Notes: a model not told the origin generated them from the letters alone. 64,000 nucleotides of DNA from an uncultured Desulfospira sp. (GCA_963663165.1 OY760175.1:3040001-3104000), one strand, 5' to 3'; shown: positions 38,397-49,734, numbered from the stretch's first letter. Program-made: numbers and translations.

Positions 38397-40853
38397 TCAG
38401 TCCCGGTTAAGTGGAAAAACAGCACTTTCCGGTTTTTCCTTTTCCTCTGCCCGGGCATCCATCCCGAAACTGCCGTCCAGGCCAAACGCTTCAGGGTTCA
38501 GGTAGCTGCCTTTTTCTTCCTCGGATTTTTCCCTTTCCACTTGGATCCGGTTGGCCTCGGCCCAGGCATCTTTCCGGATGCCGGTGACCTGCCAGCTCAC
38601 TTTCATACCCGGGCTGCCGCCGCTGATTTTAAACCGGTTGTCCTTAATTTCTTCTGCAATATAAAGGCCAGGGCCAGGGCTGCCCACCGGGGTCAGCTGG
38701 TATCTGAAATCTTTGTTCAGGGCCTCGAAATAATCCGGCAGCAGCACCCAGGATTCCCCGGTTTCATCCAGCAGAACCGTGCCGTCATAAACGTTTTTCA
38801 TATCCGGGGATTCCACAAAGGAATGCTGGAGGATCTTGTTTTCCGGATCCAGGGGGTGATCAATGATAAAAGAGCCGCCGGCCTTGGACAGGGTTCCGGC
38901 CACATGGACTTTTCCGACAAAATAGCCGGCATAATCATAGGTGCCCGAACCCGTGGTCTGGAAATATCCGCCATAGGTTTTGCCCGATGTGTCCCCGTCT
39001 GCCACGGCCTTTATGCCGTACCCGTCCCCGGAATCTCCGATGTAAGCTGTGGTACTGAACAATCCCCCGTAAGCCGGGCCGCTGACCGCATGATTGGCAT
39101 CGCTGAGAACGCCCCATACCCCGTGGGACGAGCTGGAAGAGGAACTGGCAATGACCTGAATTCCCCAGGCCGGCGATTCACTGGAATAGGCATAGGTGTA
39201 GATGCCACGAACGCTGCTCTTTCCCGACACCGAATTGTACAGGCCATAAGACTCGCCGGTTGAGGCCTGATTGGACACAAAACTTCCTACGCCGTATAAT
39301 CCCCCGCTGGCATCGTCAGCCGGTTTGTCCACTTCGATGTAAAGTCCCCGGCCGTACGCATTTCCCGGAACATCCACATTCGCCCGGAAACCGTAAACAA
39401 ATCCTGCGTCGGAAAGTGCCTCGGCATATACGCCATGGCTTGAACCATAGCTTGAATTTGTGACGCTGGTTTTTCCGTAAACCCCGTACCGGTTGCTGTC
39501 GGCCCCGAGAGCCTCTCCCATGATTCCATAGGATTCGCCGCCGTCCCGATAATTTATGCCCCTGAAACGGCCACCCCAGGCCTCTCCGCTCGTATCGGTG
39601 GTATCTTTCTGTGCTTCTGAATATACCCCTAAGGCATCTCCGGTATCGCTTCCAACTATGTATGAAAACAAACCAAAAGCGCTTCCGCCAGCCCCATAAT
39701 GGGAACTTCTATTGTACAGCCCGTAAAGGTCGCCCGTCCCGTGATGGGAAACCTGACCATACCAGCCGCGAACGGTTGACGAACTGTCTGCCCCGGCTTG
39801 AGCAGATGCCTGGACACCGTAGGCATAAGACTGGGCCGACACGGTATCCATTACCAGGCCTTTTGCATAGGATTGTGCGTCCACATCCAGCTCAAGTCCC
39901 TGGGCATAATACGTATCGGCACTGGCGGTTCCTTTTATGGCAAAGGCCTGCTCCCCGATGCTTTGAAAGCTGGCCACGTAATCGCTCATTGCCGTGCTGG
40001 TTCCGGTTACCGAAAGCTTTGCGCCGGAAACATTCAGATCCCCGTTCATGGTGTCCCCTGCCGTATTCACCCATTTATCGACAGAAGCCGCCATGAAATA
40101 AGACGAGTCGTATCCGTCCAGGGCATCTGCATCCAGTTTGGACCCCGAGCCGTCCTTGATATCTTCGAAAGTGAGAGATTCGTCAATCACTTCACTTGAG
40201 CTGACCGAGTCGTTGGCCATTTTGGACAGGGTGACGCTTTTATCGGCCAGTTCCGAACTGGTTACGGCGCCGGCACTGATTTTGGAAGCATCCACGGAAT
40301 CGGCTTCCAGTTTGGCGGCCCCCACACTGCTGTCCTGGATCATGGCGCCGGTTACGGAAGCCGCCTGTCCTTCGTTGACATAGGCCGCATCATGCTCGTG
40401 GCCGGCTTCACTGAAATGCTCAGGGCCGAAACCGGCCAGGGTGCCGGCGTTAAGCGCAGTTACCGCAAAGGGAGAGGAGGTGATTTTCTGCCGGGGCGCA
40501 AGGGTTTCCCAGCCGCTGCCGCTTTTGAAAATTTCAAGTTCCAGATAAAGATCAGGCCCGGTAAAATGGCCGGCCAGCAGCGGGCTTCCCGGCTGGCTTC
40601 CCAGGATAACGTTAAATATCCCGTTGTTCACCGGTACCGTCTGCTGCTCATCCCAGACAGGAGTCCCCCCGGTGTCCACGCCGTACAGATAAAAATGAAT
40701 GAGCTGGTCTCCTTCCAGAGGAGCGCCGGAACTGTCCTCCAGGTAGCCCTGATAGTTCACCTCCATGGGAGCGGCAGAAAAAGCAGTCGGAACAACGGCG
40801 GCCTGAACCAGGCAAAGACTTGCAGAACATAAAAAAAAGGCAAAAAATTTCAT
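38397..40853 (-). CDS. Large secreted Gly/Ser/Tyr-rich repetitive protein (tail-fibre/adhesin-like)
   Basis: Signal peptide; NYQGYLED N-terminal domain; (V/I)xxxK(L/I)xxxSV repeats; many YG(V/L)Y(G/A) repeats; C-terminal FIIDHPLDPENKILQHSFVESPDMKNVYDG domain. Confidence 0.7.
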   Translation of the reverse strand: MKFFAFFLCSASLCLVQAAVVPTAFSAAPMEVNYQGYLEDSSGAPLEGDQLIHFYLYGVDTGGTPVWDEQQTVPVNNGIFNVILGSQPGSPLLAGHFTGPDLYLELEIFKSGSGWETLAPRQKITSSPFAVTALNAGTLAGFGPEHFSEAGHEHDAAYVNEGQAASVTGAMIQDSSVGAAKLEADSVDASKISAGAVTSSELADKSVTLSKMANDSVSSSEVIDESLTFEDIKDGSGSKLDADALDGYDSSYFMAASVDKWVNTAGDTMNGDLNVSGAKLSVTGTSTAMSDYVASFQSIGEQAFAIKGTASADTYYAQGLELDVDAQSYAKGLVMDTVSAQSYAYGVQASAQAGADSSSTVRGWYGQVSHHGTGDLYGLYNRSSHYGAGGSAFGLFSYIVGSDTGDALGVYSEAQKDTTDTSGEAWGGRFRGINYRDGGESYGIMGEALGADSNRYGVYGKTSVTNSSYGSSHGVYAEALSDAGFVYGFRANVDVPGNAYGRGLYIEVDKPADDASGGLYGVGSFVSNQASTGESYGLYNSVSGKSSVRGIYTYAYSSESPAWGIQVIASSSSSSSHGVWGVLSDANHAVSGPAYGGLFSTTAYIGDSGDGYGIKAVADGDTSGKTYGGYFQTTGSGTYDYAGYFVGKVHVAGTLSKAGGSFIIDHPLDPENKILQHSFVESPDMKNVYDGTVLLDETGESWVLLPDYFEALNKDFRYQLTPVGSPGPGLYIAEEIKDNRFKISGGSPGMKVSWQVTGIRKDAWAEANRIQVEREKSEEEKGSYLNPEAFGLDGSFGMDARAEEKEKPESAVFPLNRD

Positions 40854-41266
40854 ATCCTGTACTCCTTTTTGCAATGAATATGCTGCGGTTTTTGGCTGGC
40901 TGTATTCTTTAAATTACAGCACCCCCCATACCATAAAATCCGGAAGTCCAAACCTTTTGGAACAACAGGGCAAGCGAATTCCGGATAATCGTTTTCTTAG
41001 AAAGAATGCCATATTGGGGACATTGTTTCCCCCAGAAGTATTTCAATAAATACTTGTTTCTTTAGGGGATCGTCAAGTCACAAAATTTGACCTGGCCTTG
41101 GGCCTTTTTTATATTTTCATGATACTGTAAGAAGGGGAAGGCTTCCAGATTGTTCAAAATTTAATTTTTTTTTTTTAGCGCAGGAAATCCGGCCTTCCTT
41201 CGTCAGCACTCATAGACGAACAACCATGGGCAGGCAGACCAACATCAAGCCTGCCGGGAGGAATAT

Positions 41267-41674
41267 ATGGAGTGTGCTCAAGTCAAAAAACGGCTGGACG
41301 CCTGGGCCGACGGTGAAATGTCCCGTCCGGATAGAATGGCGGTGGACCGCCATCTGGCCGGCTGCCCGGATTGCCGGGATGAGGCCGTATCCCTGAAACA
41401 ACTGAACCTTGCCCTGGACCACCTGGGACCCGTGCCTGCCCCTTCGGGCTTTTCCGGCAGGGTATGCCGGGTCGCCCGGCAGAAAATCGACTATCCGGAT
41501 CTGGCCCAGTGGTGACGCCACCTGTCCCTGGCCTGGCGGACAGCGGTCTGCAGCACGGCCATGGCCGGCCTGATCTTCGGCCTGGTGCTGGGGACCAGCC
41601 TGTCCACCCGGCCTGATGCCGGCACCAGCCCGGCCTTTTATCTTGCCACATCCGATGACGGGGGATACTATTGA
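41267..41674 (+). pseudogene. zf-HC2 anti-sigma factor interrupted by an in-frame TGA at 41513-41515
   Basis: MECAQV..LDAWADGE..HLAGCPDC zinc motif; frame continues past TGA through a TM helix (AMAGLIFGLVLG) to a TGA overlapping the next ATG. Confidence 0.8.
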
Positions 41675-42135
41675 TGAATCCGGCGACAAAACGAATTCTG
41701 ATCATTTTCTCCGTGGCCCTGAATATCGGGTTTATCATTATGGCGGCTTACCACTCCTTTCAGGGCCCTGTTTCCAAACATGACCGGCGCTGGGAAGAAC
41801 TGATGGCCGTTGTCCGCAAACTGGAACTGCCCGAATCCAAACAAAGCCAGGCCAAAGCGGCCATGGCCCGGTTCAGGGATCAGTTAACCGGCATTAACCA
41901 ACAGATAGACCAGGCCCGCGAGGATGTGATGGTATTTTTAGCACAAGCCGGTCCCCTTGATAAAAGCCGGCTTCACCAACTGCTTGAGGTAACCAATGAT
42001 CTGTACTGGAAAAAGCAGATGATGTTTGAATCCCATGCCATTGAAATGGTCCAGGTCTTAGGGGACAGGGACGGCGCCCGTTTCTTCCGCAGCCTTGTGG
42101 AACTGAAAAAATCAAAGCACCACGGCCATGGATGA
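41674..42135 (+). CDS. Periplasmic heavy-metal sensor / Spy-CpxP-like helical protein
   Basis: IIFSVALNIGFI anchor motif; helical body; His-rich C-terminus; anti-sigma/ECF context. Confidence 0.75.
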   Translation: MNPATKRILIIFSVALNIGFIIMAAYHSFQGPVSKHDRRWEELMAVVRKLELPESKQSQAKAAMARFRDQLTGINQQIDQAREDVMVFLAQAGPLDKSRLHQLLEVTNDLYWKKQMMFESHAIEMVQVLGDRDGARFFRSLVELKKSKHHGHG

Positions 42136-42296
42136 TGTTTGGACCCGACCTTGCCCGTCTTGAAGACCCGGAACTGGCCTCCCTGGTGGCCAAAGGGAAT
42201 GAGAAGGCCTTTGCCGAAGTGGTGAGGCGCCACCAGGACGCCGTATACGGGTTTGCCTTCCGGATGCTCCACCAGGTCCAGGAGGCGGAAGACGCG
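42132..42296 (+). pseudogene. N-terminal fragment of an ECF sigma-70 factor, fused in frame to the following OM efflux gene
   Basis: DPELASLVAKGNEKAFAEVVRRHQDAVYGFAFRML..EAEDA is sigma region 1.2/2.1; the rest of the sigma factor is absent. Confidence 0.8.
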
Positions 42297-43496
42297 GCCC
42301 TGGCCGGAAACTTTGATATCCGCACGGCATTGTCCAAGGTAAAACAGGCCGAAGCCGAAGCCCGCAAGGCAGGGGCAGACCTTTATCCCACCCTGGATTA
42401 CACAGGCGGGGCACAGTACAGCCGGCAGCAGACCAAAACCGATGCAGACGGCCGGTCCGACAAAGAGTCCAAAACCTTCAGTGCCGGGCTTTCAGCCAGC
42501 TACGAAGTGGACTTCTGGGGGCGGCTGAATGCGTTGCACCAATCCGAACTGACGGCCTACGAGGCCACCCGGGAAGACCTTGATTCGGCCGCCGTCACCG
42601 TGGCCGCCGATGTGGTGACCGCCTGGATCGACATCCTTTCGGTCCGGCAGCAGATCACCCTTCTGACCAAACAGATCGGGACCAACCAGCGGATGCTGGA
42701 CCTGCAGGAACTCCGGTTTGAAAACGGACAGACCGACGCCCTGGACGTCTCCCAGCAGCGCGAAGCCCTGGCCCAGGCCAAGGCCCTGCTGCCCCCCCTC
42801 CAACTGACCCTGGACCAGCAAATCAATGCCCTGGCCGTCCTTCTGGGCCGGGCCGGGAAAGGGGATATGAATATCCATCAAACGATTCTGCCGGATTTGA
42901 TCCCCTTGCCCGAAACCGGTCTGCCGGCCGATCTTCTGGCCTCCCGCCCCGATTTCAGGGCCGCAGGCTTAAGGCTCAAAGAGGCGGACTGACAGGTGTC
43001 TGCGGCCAGGGCCGACCGCCTGCCGTCTTTAACCTTATCTGCCGAGGCCTTATTATCCAGCGGTTCCCTGGACCTGCTTTTTTCCAACTGGGTCACTACT
43101 TTGGCTGCATCGGTTACAGGCCCTTTGTTTGATGCAGGGTCCAGGGCCGCCGAGGTGGACCGGGCCAGAGCCGCGGTCGACCAGCACCTTACCGCCTATG
43201 CAAAGACGGTGGCCGAGGCTGTCCGGGAAGTGGAGGACAGCCTGATCACGGAAAAGCGGCAGACCGAATACATCATTTTATTAAAGGAACAGCTTGAGGC
43301 CTCCCGGATGACGGTGAACGATGCCCATCTCCAGTATATGAACGGCCAGGACAACTACCTGGACTATCTGAGCGCCTGGACCAGCGTCCAGTCCCTGGAA
43401 CGGCAACTGGTGGACGAACAGGCCACCCTGATTAAAAACCGGGTGACCTTATACCGGACCCTCGGCGGAGACTGGACAAGGGAAATAATTAGATAG
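42297..43496 (+). pseudogene. TolC/NodT-family outer-membrane efflux protein, 5'-truncated, with an in-frame TGA at 42990-42992
   Basis: ALAGNFDI, SYEVDFWG, PADLLASRPD, PLFDAG, LYRTLGGDW OEP motifs; both track ORFs are in one frame; no signal peptide or lipobox. Confidence 0.85.
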
Positions 43497-43614
43497 ATAG
43501 GCTGAAGACTGAAGGTGAACAGGCGGACGGCGGAATAGAAACCCTTCAGCCTAACCCCCTTCAGCCTAACCACCTATTGAAAACCCAAAGCTTCATACAA
43601 AACAGGAAACCATA

Positions 43615-44898
43615 ATGTCAGACCCCATACGCGAACTTACCTTTTTCGGCAAAACTGTGAGGGCCCTGATCCCGCTGCTGCTCATCCTGGGCGGCGGGGC
43701 AGCCTGGTCTTATTTTAAAGCCACCGCCCCGGTCATGAAAAAAGGAGCGCCCCAGCGCCAGGTCGTTACCGTGGAAACCCGGACGGCTCAGACGGGGACC
43801 CCCCGGATTCTTATCCATGCCATGGGCACGGTCACCCCGGCAAAAGAGGTGACCCTCAAGGCCCAGGCGTCCGGGACCGTGCAGTCGGTCAATGACCGGT
43901 TTGTGCCCGGCAGCCTGGTGGCCAAAGGTGAAGAACTGCTCCATCTTGACCCGGCCGATTACCAGGTCTCGGTCAAAAAAGCCCAAAGCGCCCTGGAAAA
44001 TGCCAAAGCGGCCCTGGCCATTGAACAGGGGAACCAGAATATTGCCAGGGAAGAATTGCGGGTATTGTCTGAAATGACCGCCCGCAAGGTCGCAAAGACC
44101 GATCTGGTGTTAAGGAAACCCCAGCTGGCCCAGGCCCAGGCCGATGTCACCAGTGCCGAAGCCGACTTGACCCAGGCCACGCTGGACTTAAGCCGGACAA
44201 AAATCAATGCCCCGTTCAACGCCATTATTCTGGACCGGTCCGTTAATGTGGGGACCTATGTGGGCTCCCAGGAAGACCTGGTGACCCTGGCCGGCACTGA
44301 TGAGTTCTGGATTGAAGCGGTGGTTCCCTTAGATGAAATGGCCTATATCGATCTTTCCTATCCAGGGGGATGCCCGGTCACGATCCAGTCCCAGGCCGGG
44401 ACGGGAGTCTGGGAAGGGCGCGTTGTGCAGGCCACGGGCCGGCTCAGCGATGCCAGCCGAATGGCCAACGTCATTGTGGCCGTGGCCAATCCCCTGGGCA
44501 CCCCGGATCACCCTTGCGCCCACCCGCTGATGATCGATGATTATATAAACGTAGAAATTACCGGGCAGGCCCTTAAAAATGTGGTGGAACTGCCAAGATC
44601 CGCCCTCAAGGACAACGATACCGTCTGGATTATCCGGAACAACACCCTGGATATCCGCAAGGTCACCCTGGCATGGAAAGGGACGGAAACTGTCTACATT
44701 GAAACCGGCGTGGCCAAGGGCGAAGAAGTGGTCGTTTCCAGCCTGGACACCCCGGTCCAGGGAATGAGTTTAAAAACCCTGGACAGCCTGGAACAACAAT
44801 TAAACGTCTCTGAGAAAAAAGAGGCTTCTGACAACGGCCATACCGGAAACCAGGCCGACCGGGTTGTTACCCCGGAATCTGCCCCCAACAAAGGATGA
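43615..44898 (+). CDS. RND efflux periplasmic adaptor (membrane fusion protein)
   Basis: GTVTPAKEVTL, LDLSRTKINAPFNA, LPRSAL motifs; N-terminal TM anchor. Confidence 0.93.
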   Translation: MSDPIRELTFFGKTVRALIPLLLILGGGAAWSYFKATAPVMKKGAPQRQVVTVETRTAQTGTPRILIHAMGTVTPAKEVTLKAQASGTVQSVNDRFVPGSLVAKGEELLHLDPADYQVSVKKAQSALENAKAALAIEQGNQNIAREELRVLSEMTARKVAKTDLVLRKPQLAQAQADVTSAEADLTQATLDLSRTKINAPFNAIILDRSVNVGTYVGSQEDLVTLAGTDEFWIEAVVPLDEMAYIDLSYPGGCPVTIQSQAGTGVWEGRVVQATGRLSDASRMANVIVAVANPLGTPDHPCAHPLMIDDYINVEITGQALKNVVELPRSALKDNDTVWIIRNNTLDIRKVTLAWKGTETVYIETGVAKGEEVVVSSLDTPVQGMSLKTLDSLEQQLNVSEKKEASDNGHTGNQADRVVTPESAPNKG

Positions 44899-44900
44899 AA

Positions 44901-44966
44901 GCCATTGGCCATTAGCCGTAAGCTATTGGCTTTTGCCCCGCTAACCGCTAATGGCTGACAGCTAAA
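44901..44966. repeat. Inverted pair of GCTAA-type heptamer arrays before the RND permease start
   Basis: attggcc attagcc gtaagct attggct / cgctaac cgctaat ggctgac agctaaa. Confidence 0.75.
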
Positions 44967-44982
44967 AAAAAAGAGACCCGTC

Positions 44983-47900
44983 ATGATCGAACAAAATACA
45001 AACTCCCGGGGGCCCTTGGCCTGGATGGCCGGCAACTCGGTTATTGCCAACCTGCTCATGTTCGTCTTTCTTATCGGCGGACTGATGATGCTGTTCAACC
45101 TTAAGCAGGAAGTATTCCCGGATTTTACCGAAGACACGGTCACCATTTCCGTTGCCTATCCCGGGGCCAGCCCCGAAGAGGTGGAAAACGGCATCATCCT
45201 GGCGGTTGAAGAGGCCCTTGAAGATATTGAGGGCATTGACGAGATCACCTCCTCGGCCACCGAAGGCTCGGCCTCCGTTACCGTGGACCTTACGGAAGGC
45301 TCGGATGTGGTCAAAATCTGGCAGGAAATTAAAAGCGAAATTGACAATATCTCCACCTTCCCGGACGAGGCCGAAGACCCCTCTGTCGCCATCTCCAGCC
45401 ACAAACGCGGGGTGCTGACCACGGCCCTTTACGGCGATGTGGACGAACTGGTCCTGCGGTCGGCTGCCGACGCCATCCGGGACAGGCTGCTGGCAGATCC
45501 CACCATTACCCAGGTGGAGCTGACCGGGGTCAAGGATTACGAGGTCCGGGTGGAAATCCCCCAGGCCGCCCTGCGCCGGTACGGCATTACCCTTGGGGAT
45601 GCTGCCGATGCCATTGCACAGGCCTCGGTGGAGCTGGGGGGCGGCAGCCTGAAAACCGAAAACGGGGATGTCCTGGTCCGGGTCAAGGACCGCCGGGAAT
45701 ATGCAGACCAGTATGCCAAGGTCCCGCTGTTAACCCTGGCGGACGGTTCCCGGATTCTGCTCGGCGATGTGGCAACGGTCAAAGAAACCTCTGAAGACAC
45801 CAACACCTGGGCAAAGTTCAACGGCAAGCCGTCAGTGATGATCGAAACCTACCGGGTCGGGGACCAGACCCCCACCCAAGTGGCCCAGGCGGGCGAGGCC
45901 GTCATTGCCGAACTCAACGAAACCCTGCCCGAAGGGTTACATTTGACCACCTTGCGGGACAACTCTGAAAACTTTGTCCAGCGGGCCGAGCTGTTGAGCC
46001 GGAACGCCCTTCAGGGACTGGCCCTGGTCTTTATTTTTCTGGCCCTGTTCCTGGAGACCCGGCTGGCGTTCTGGGTGAGCCTGGGCATCCCCATTTCATT
46101 TTTAGGTTCTTTTCTCTTTCTTTCAGCCGCCAATTTTTCCATTAACATGATTTCCATGTTCGCCTTTATCGTGACCCTGGGGATTGTGGTGGATGATGCC
46201 GTGGTAGTGGGGGAAAATATTTACCACTGGCGTTCCCAGGGGCTGCCCCCTTTAAAGGCGGCCGTGGCCGGGGTCAGGGAAGTGGCCCTGCCCGTGGTGT
46301 TCAGTGTGCTGACCAACCTGGTTTCTTTCATGCCCCTGTACTTTGTCCCGGGGATCATGGGAAAAATTTTCGGGGTCATCCCGTTGGTTGTGGCAGCGGT
46401 ATTCGGGGTCTCCCTGATCGAGAGTCTGTTTATCCTGCCGGCCCATTTAGGGCACCGGACCAGGGCCCAGGCCATATGGCCCTTAAACCATCTGGAGCGG
46501 CTTCAGGAACGGTTCAGCCGGAGGTTTGAGTCCTTTGTTCGCAACCAGTTCGGCGCTTTTCTCAAGTTCGCCATCAGCTGGCGGTACGCCGTGATCGGTT
46601 TTGGCATAGCCCTGATGGTGGCCCTGACCGGGTATGTGTCTTCCGGGCGCATGGGCCTTGAGATGTTTCCCAAAAGTGAGTCAGACTACGCTTACTGCGA
46701 GGCCACCCTGCCCTATGGATCGCCCAAATCAAAACTGTCGGCCGTGGAAGACCGTCTGGTCCGGTCTGCCAAGACCGTGATGGACGAAAACGGCGGCCCG
46801 GATCTGGCCCTGGGCATTTTGAGCAATGTGTCGGACAACGTGATCAAAGCCAGAATATACCTGGTATCCGAGGATGTCCGCCCTTTGTCAACCTCCCGGG
46901 TGACCGATCTGTGGCGGGAAGCCACCGGCACCCTGACCGGTCTGGAATCCATCCGGTTTGAATCCAATATGGGCGGACCCGGCTCAGGCAAGAACCTGAC
47001 GGTGCGGCTTTCCCACACCAGCACCCAGACCCTTGAAAAGGCGGGGGAGGACATGGCAGCCGCCCTGTCCAACTATACCATTGTCCATGATGTGGACGAC
47101 GGCGCGGAACAGGGCAAGCGCCAGTTCGATATTCAACTGCTCCCCTTAGGTGAACGCATGGGGCTGACCTCTGAAGCGGTGGCCCGGCAGGTCAGATATG
47201 CCTTCCAGGGCAGCGAAGCCTTAAAACAACAGCGGGGCCGAAATGAGGTAACGGTCCGGGTCAGCCTGCCCGAAAGTGAACGAATCACTGAATCGACGCT
47301 GGAAAACCTGGTCCTCCAGTCAGACACCGGCGAGGTTTATCTGCGGGATGCCGTAAAGATGACCCCGGGAAGGGCCTATACCAAAATTGAGCGGATCAAC
47401 GGCAAACGGAACATTGAGGTCACGGCAAACGTTAATCCCCCGGCCCAGGCGGAAAACATTCTCAAAGAAGTAAAAAACAAGATCCTTCCCCAGCTTCAGG
47501 AAAAATATCCCGGGCTGACCATGAGTCTTGGCGGACACCAGGAAGAGATGAGAAAAAGCTTAACTTCCCTGCTCACCGGTTCCCTGCTGGCGTTGTTCGG
47601 CATCTATGCCCTGCTGACCATCCCGTTTAAGAGCTATGCCCAGCCGCTGATCATCATGGTCAGCATCCCCTTTGGCGTTATCGGGGCCATTATCGGCCAT
47701 GTCATTATGGGATATTCCTTGTCCATCAACTCCCTTTTCGGCGTTGTGGCCCTGTCCGGGGTGGTGGTCAACGACTCCCTGGTTCTCATTGATTTTGCCA
47801 ACCGGAGGGTCCGGAACGGGGCATCCCCCTTAGAGGCCATTTATTCCGCCGGTATCCAGCGGTTCAGGCCCATCCTGCTGACCACGGTCACCACCTTTGG

Positions 47901-48120
47901 CGGACTGATGCCCATGATCACCGAGACCTCCCGCCAGGCCCGGATGATGATCCCCATGGCCATCTCCTTAGGGTTCGGGGTTCTGTTTTCCACGGCCATT
48001 ATCCTGGTCATGGTCCCGGCCCTGTACATGGTGCTGGATGATGTTACCCGCCTCATGTACAAGCCGGCTGCCCCAAAGCCAGGGACACTTCCTGAGGCCC
48101 GGGGAGTTTCAGGGGGATAG
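44983..48120 (+). CDS. RND efflux permease (AcrB/AcrD/AcrF family)
   Basis: [42 protein letters not shown]; 1045 aa. Confidence 0.96.
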   Translation: MIEQNTNSRGPLAWMAGNSVIANLLMFVFLIGGLMMLFNLKQEVFPDFTEDTVTISVAYPGASPEEVENGIILAVEEALEDIEGIDEITSSATEGSASVTVDLTEGSDVVKIWQEIKSEIDNISTFPDEAEDPSVAISSHKRGVLTTALYGDVDELVLRSAADAIRDRLLADPTITQVELTGVKDYEVRVEIPQAALRRYGITLGDAADAIAQASVELGGGSLKTENGDVLVRVKDRREYADQYAKVPLLTLADGSRILLGDVATVKETSEDTNTWAKFNGKPSVMIETYRVGDQTPTQVAQAGEAVIAELNETLPEGLHLTTLRDNSENFVQRAELLSRNALQGLALVFIFLALFLETRLAFWVSLGIPISFLGSFLFLSAANFSINMISMFAFIVTLGIVVDDAVVVGENIYHWRSQGLPPLKAAVAGVREVALPVVFSVLTNLVSFMPLYFVPGIMGKIFGVIPLVVAAVFGVSLIESLFILPAHLGHRTRAQAIWPLNHLERLQERFSRRFESFVRNQFGAFLKFAISWRYAVIGFGIALMVALTGYVSSGRMGLEMFPKSESDYAYCEATLPYGSPKSKLSAVEDRLVRSAKTVMDENGGPDLALGILSNVSDNVIKARIYLVSEDVRPLSTSRVTDLWREATGTLTGLESIRFESNMGGPGSGKNLTVRLSHTSTQTLEKAGEDMAAALSNYTIVHDVDDGAEQGKRQFDIQLLPLGERMGLTSEAVARQVRYAFQGSEALKQQRGRNEVTVRVSLPESERITESTLENLVLQSDTGEVYLRDAVKMTPGRAYTKIERINGKRNIEVTANVNPPAQAENILKEVKNKILPQLQEKYPGLTMSLGGHQEEMRKSLTSLLTGSLLALFGIYALLTIPFKSYAQPLIIMVSIPFGVIGAIIGHVIMGYSLSINSLFGVVALSGVVVNDSLVLIDFANRRVRNGASPLEAIYSAGIQRFRPILLTTVTTFGGLMPMITETSRQARMMIPMAISLGFGVLFSTAIILVMVPALYMVLDDVTRLMYKPAAPKPGTLPEARGVSGG

Positions 48121-48183
48121 AAAGGCACCTATCACCTGGATATTTCATGACTTTCTCAGGAATTTTACAACATATATATGGTA

Positions 48184-48432
48184 TTATAAAAGGCCTTTGA
48201 GCACAGGGTCATTGCCTGGCAGGATCGTACAGGACTGCGTTTCCGGGTCGAAAACAATGACCGCTTTTCCGGATTTGAGCTGTGCCAAGACCTGGGCCAT
48301 CTTTGTCTCCAGAGGAATTTCGATTTCCCCGTAATCGGTCCCGTCCCGGGTGACAAATTCTTCAACCACCCCGTTCAGGGCCTGCCGGCTCAACTGGTCA
48401 TGGGGAATGATGACGGCCTGCGGTTTTTCCAT
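48184..48432 (-). CDS. YheU/UPF0270-family protein
   Basis: IIPHDQLS..EEFVTRDGTDYGE..QLKSGKAVIVFD. Confidence 0.9.
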   Translation of the reverse strand: MEKPQAVIIPHDQLSRQALNGVVEEFVTRDGTDYGEIEIPLETKMAQVLAQLKSGKAVIVFDPETQSCTILPGNDPVLKGLL

Positions 48433-48435
48433 TTT

Positions 48436-49734
48436 TTATTCATCCCATTCGTAAATATTTTTCATTCTGACCCTGGCCCCCATCATTTCAAAGACCCGGA
48501 ACAGGCCGTACCGGGTCCGGTCCAGAAAGACAAAATCAGGGTTCATTTTCAGGTGGCTTTTATGCTTGAGCATCTGATTGGCGATGACCTTTCCCTGGGC
48601 CATGAAATTTTTGTTTTCATTAAAATCAAACCGGTCGGGCCGGAAAGCCTGGCCAAGCCACTGGCCGAATCCAAAGGCGGTTTTAAAAAGGTCGTCCCGG
48701 GTGTGGCCGTCAAGGCCGGACCGGATAAAATCAAGTTTTTCCACCAGGCAAAAGTACTGGTCCCTGTCCCCCCGGATGATGGTCCCCACAAGCTGTTGGT
48801 AAATCTTGACGAACCCGGGTTCAAACCGTTTCACACATCCAAAATCCACCAGCCCCACCCTAAGGTCCTTGCCGATGATAAAGTTCCCCGGGTGGGGATC
48901 CGCATGGATGCAGTGAAGTTCATAAAATCCTTTAAGGAAAATATCATTTATGGTCTGGGCCACCTGGTCCCGGCTTTCCCGGTCTGGATTGGTTTTCATC
49001 CACTGGTTCAACGGAATGCCTTCCAGGAAGGCGGCACTTAAAATATCCTGGGAGCTTAAGTCGTTGCTGGGGCTGGGCACGGCCACCCGGTCCATCTTCA
49101 GATGCCGGGCAAAAAAAGACATGGATTGGGCTTCCCTTATGTAATCGATTTCTTCCAACAGTTTTTGTTCGATTTCTACCAGGGCCGGGGAAATGAGGTC
49201 CTGGTCCGGATAAAATTTTACCAGGCTTTTAACCATGTCCAGATCACTTTTGATGGTGGCCTGGATACCGGGGTATTTGACCTTGACGGCCAGCAGCTCT
49301 CCTTTGGGGCTTACGGCCCGGTGAACCTGGCCCAGGCTTGCCGCGGCAAAGGCGGTGAGGTCAAAGGATGCAAAGGCTTCTTCCGGCAGCACCCCAAGTC
49401 CGTTTTCAACCGCCTTCCGGACCAGGGCCCGGTTTAAGGGCGGCACCTGGTTGTAGGATTTTTCAAGCTCTTTTCTTAAACTGTCCGGGAACAGGTCCAG
49501 TTCCATACTCAGCATCTGGGCAATTTTCAAGGCCGTTCCCTTCAGCAGGGTCAGCCCCTGGAATAAAACCCGGGCACTGTTTTCGTCCAGATTCTTTCTG
49601 GCTTTGGTTCGTTCCTGCCCGGATAAAAAGGGCTTTTTTACAAGATATTTAACCGTCTCTTTCCCCATGCGGACGGCTGTCCTGCCGCCGGTTACGCCCC
49701 GCTGCCATTTGGTCTTAGGCATCTGCGCATCCAT
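48436..49734 (-). CDS. AarF/ABC1/UbiB-family atypical kinase
   Basis: KIAQMLS, AAASLGQVHRA, VKVKYPGI, HADPHPGNF, DFGC. Confidence 0.93.
   Translation of the reverse strand: MDAQMPKTKWQRGVTGGRTAVRMGKETVKYLVKKPFLSGQERTKARKNLDENSARVLFQGLTLLKGTALKIAQMLSMELDLFPDSLRKELEKSYNQVPPLNRALVRKAVENGLGVLPEEAFASFDLTAFAAASLGQVHRAVSPKGELLAVKVKYPGIQATIKSDLDMVKSLVKFYPDQDLISPALVEIEQKLLEEIDYIREAQSMSFFARHLKMDRVAVPSPSNDLSSQDILSAAFLEGIPLNQWMKTNPDRESRDQVAQTINDIFLKGFYELHCIHADPHPGNFIIGKDLRVGLVDFGCVKRFEPGFVKIYQQLVGTIIRGDRDQYFCLVEKLDFIRSGLDGHTRDDLFKTAFGFGQWLGQAFRPDRFDFNENKNFMAQGKVIANQMLKHKSHLKMNPDFVFLDRTRYGLFRVFEMMGARVRMKNIYEWDE

Noticed and set aside
41513..42992. Selenocysteine or genome-wide TGA reassignment as the explanation for the in-frame TGAs
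   Set aside because: The positions look like Trp rather than catalytic Cys sites, the hairpins are not convincing SECIS elements, and many intact genes here (aminotransferase, dsrP, aroF, hydA) end in TGA
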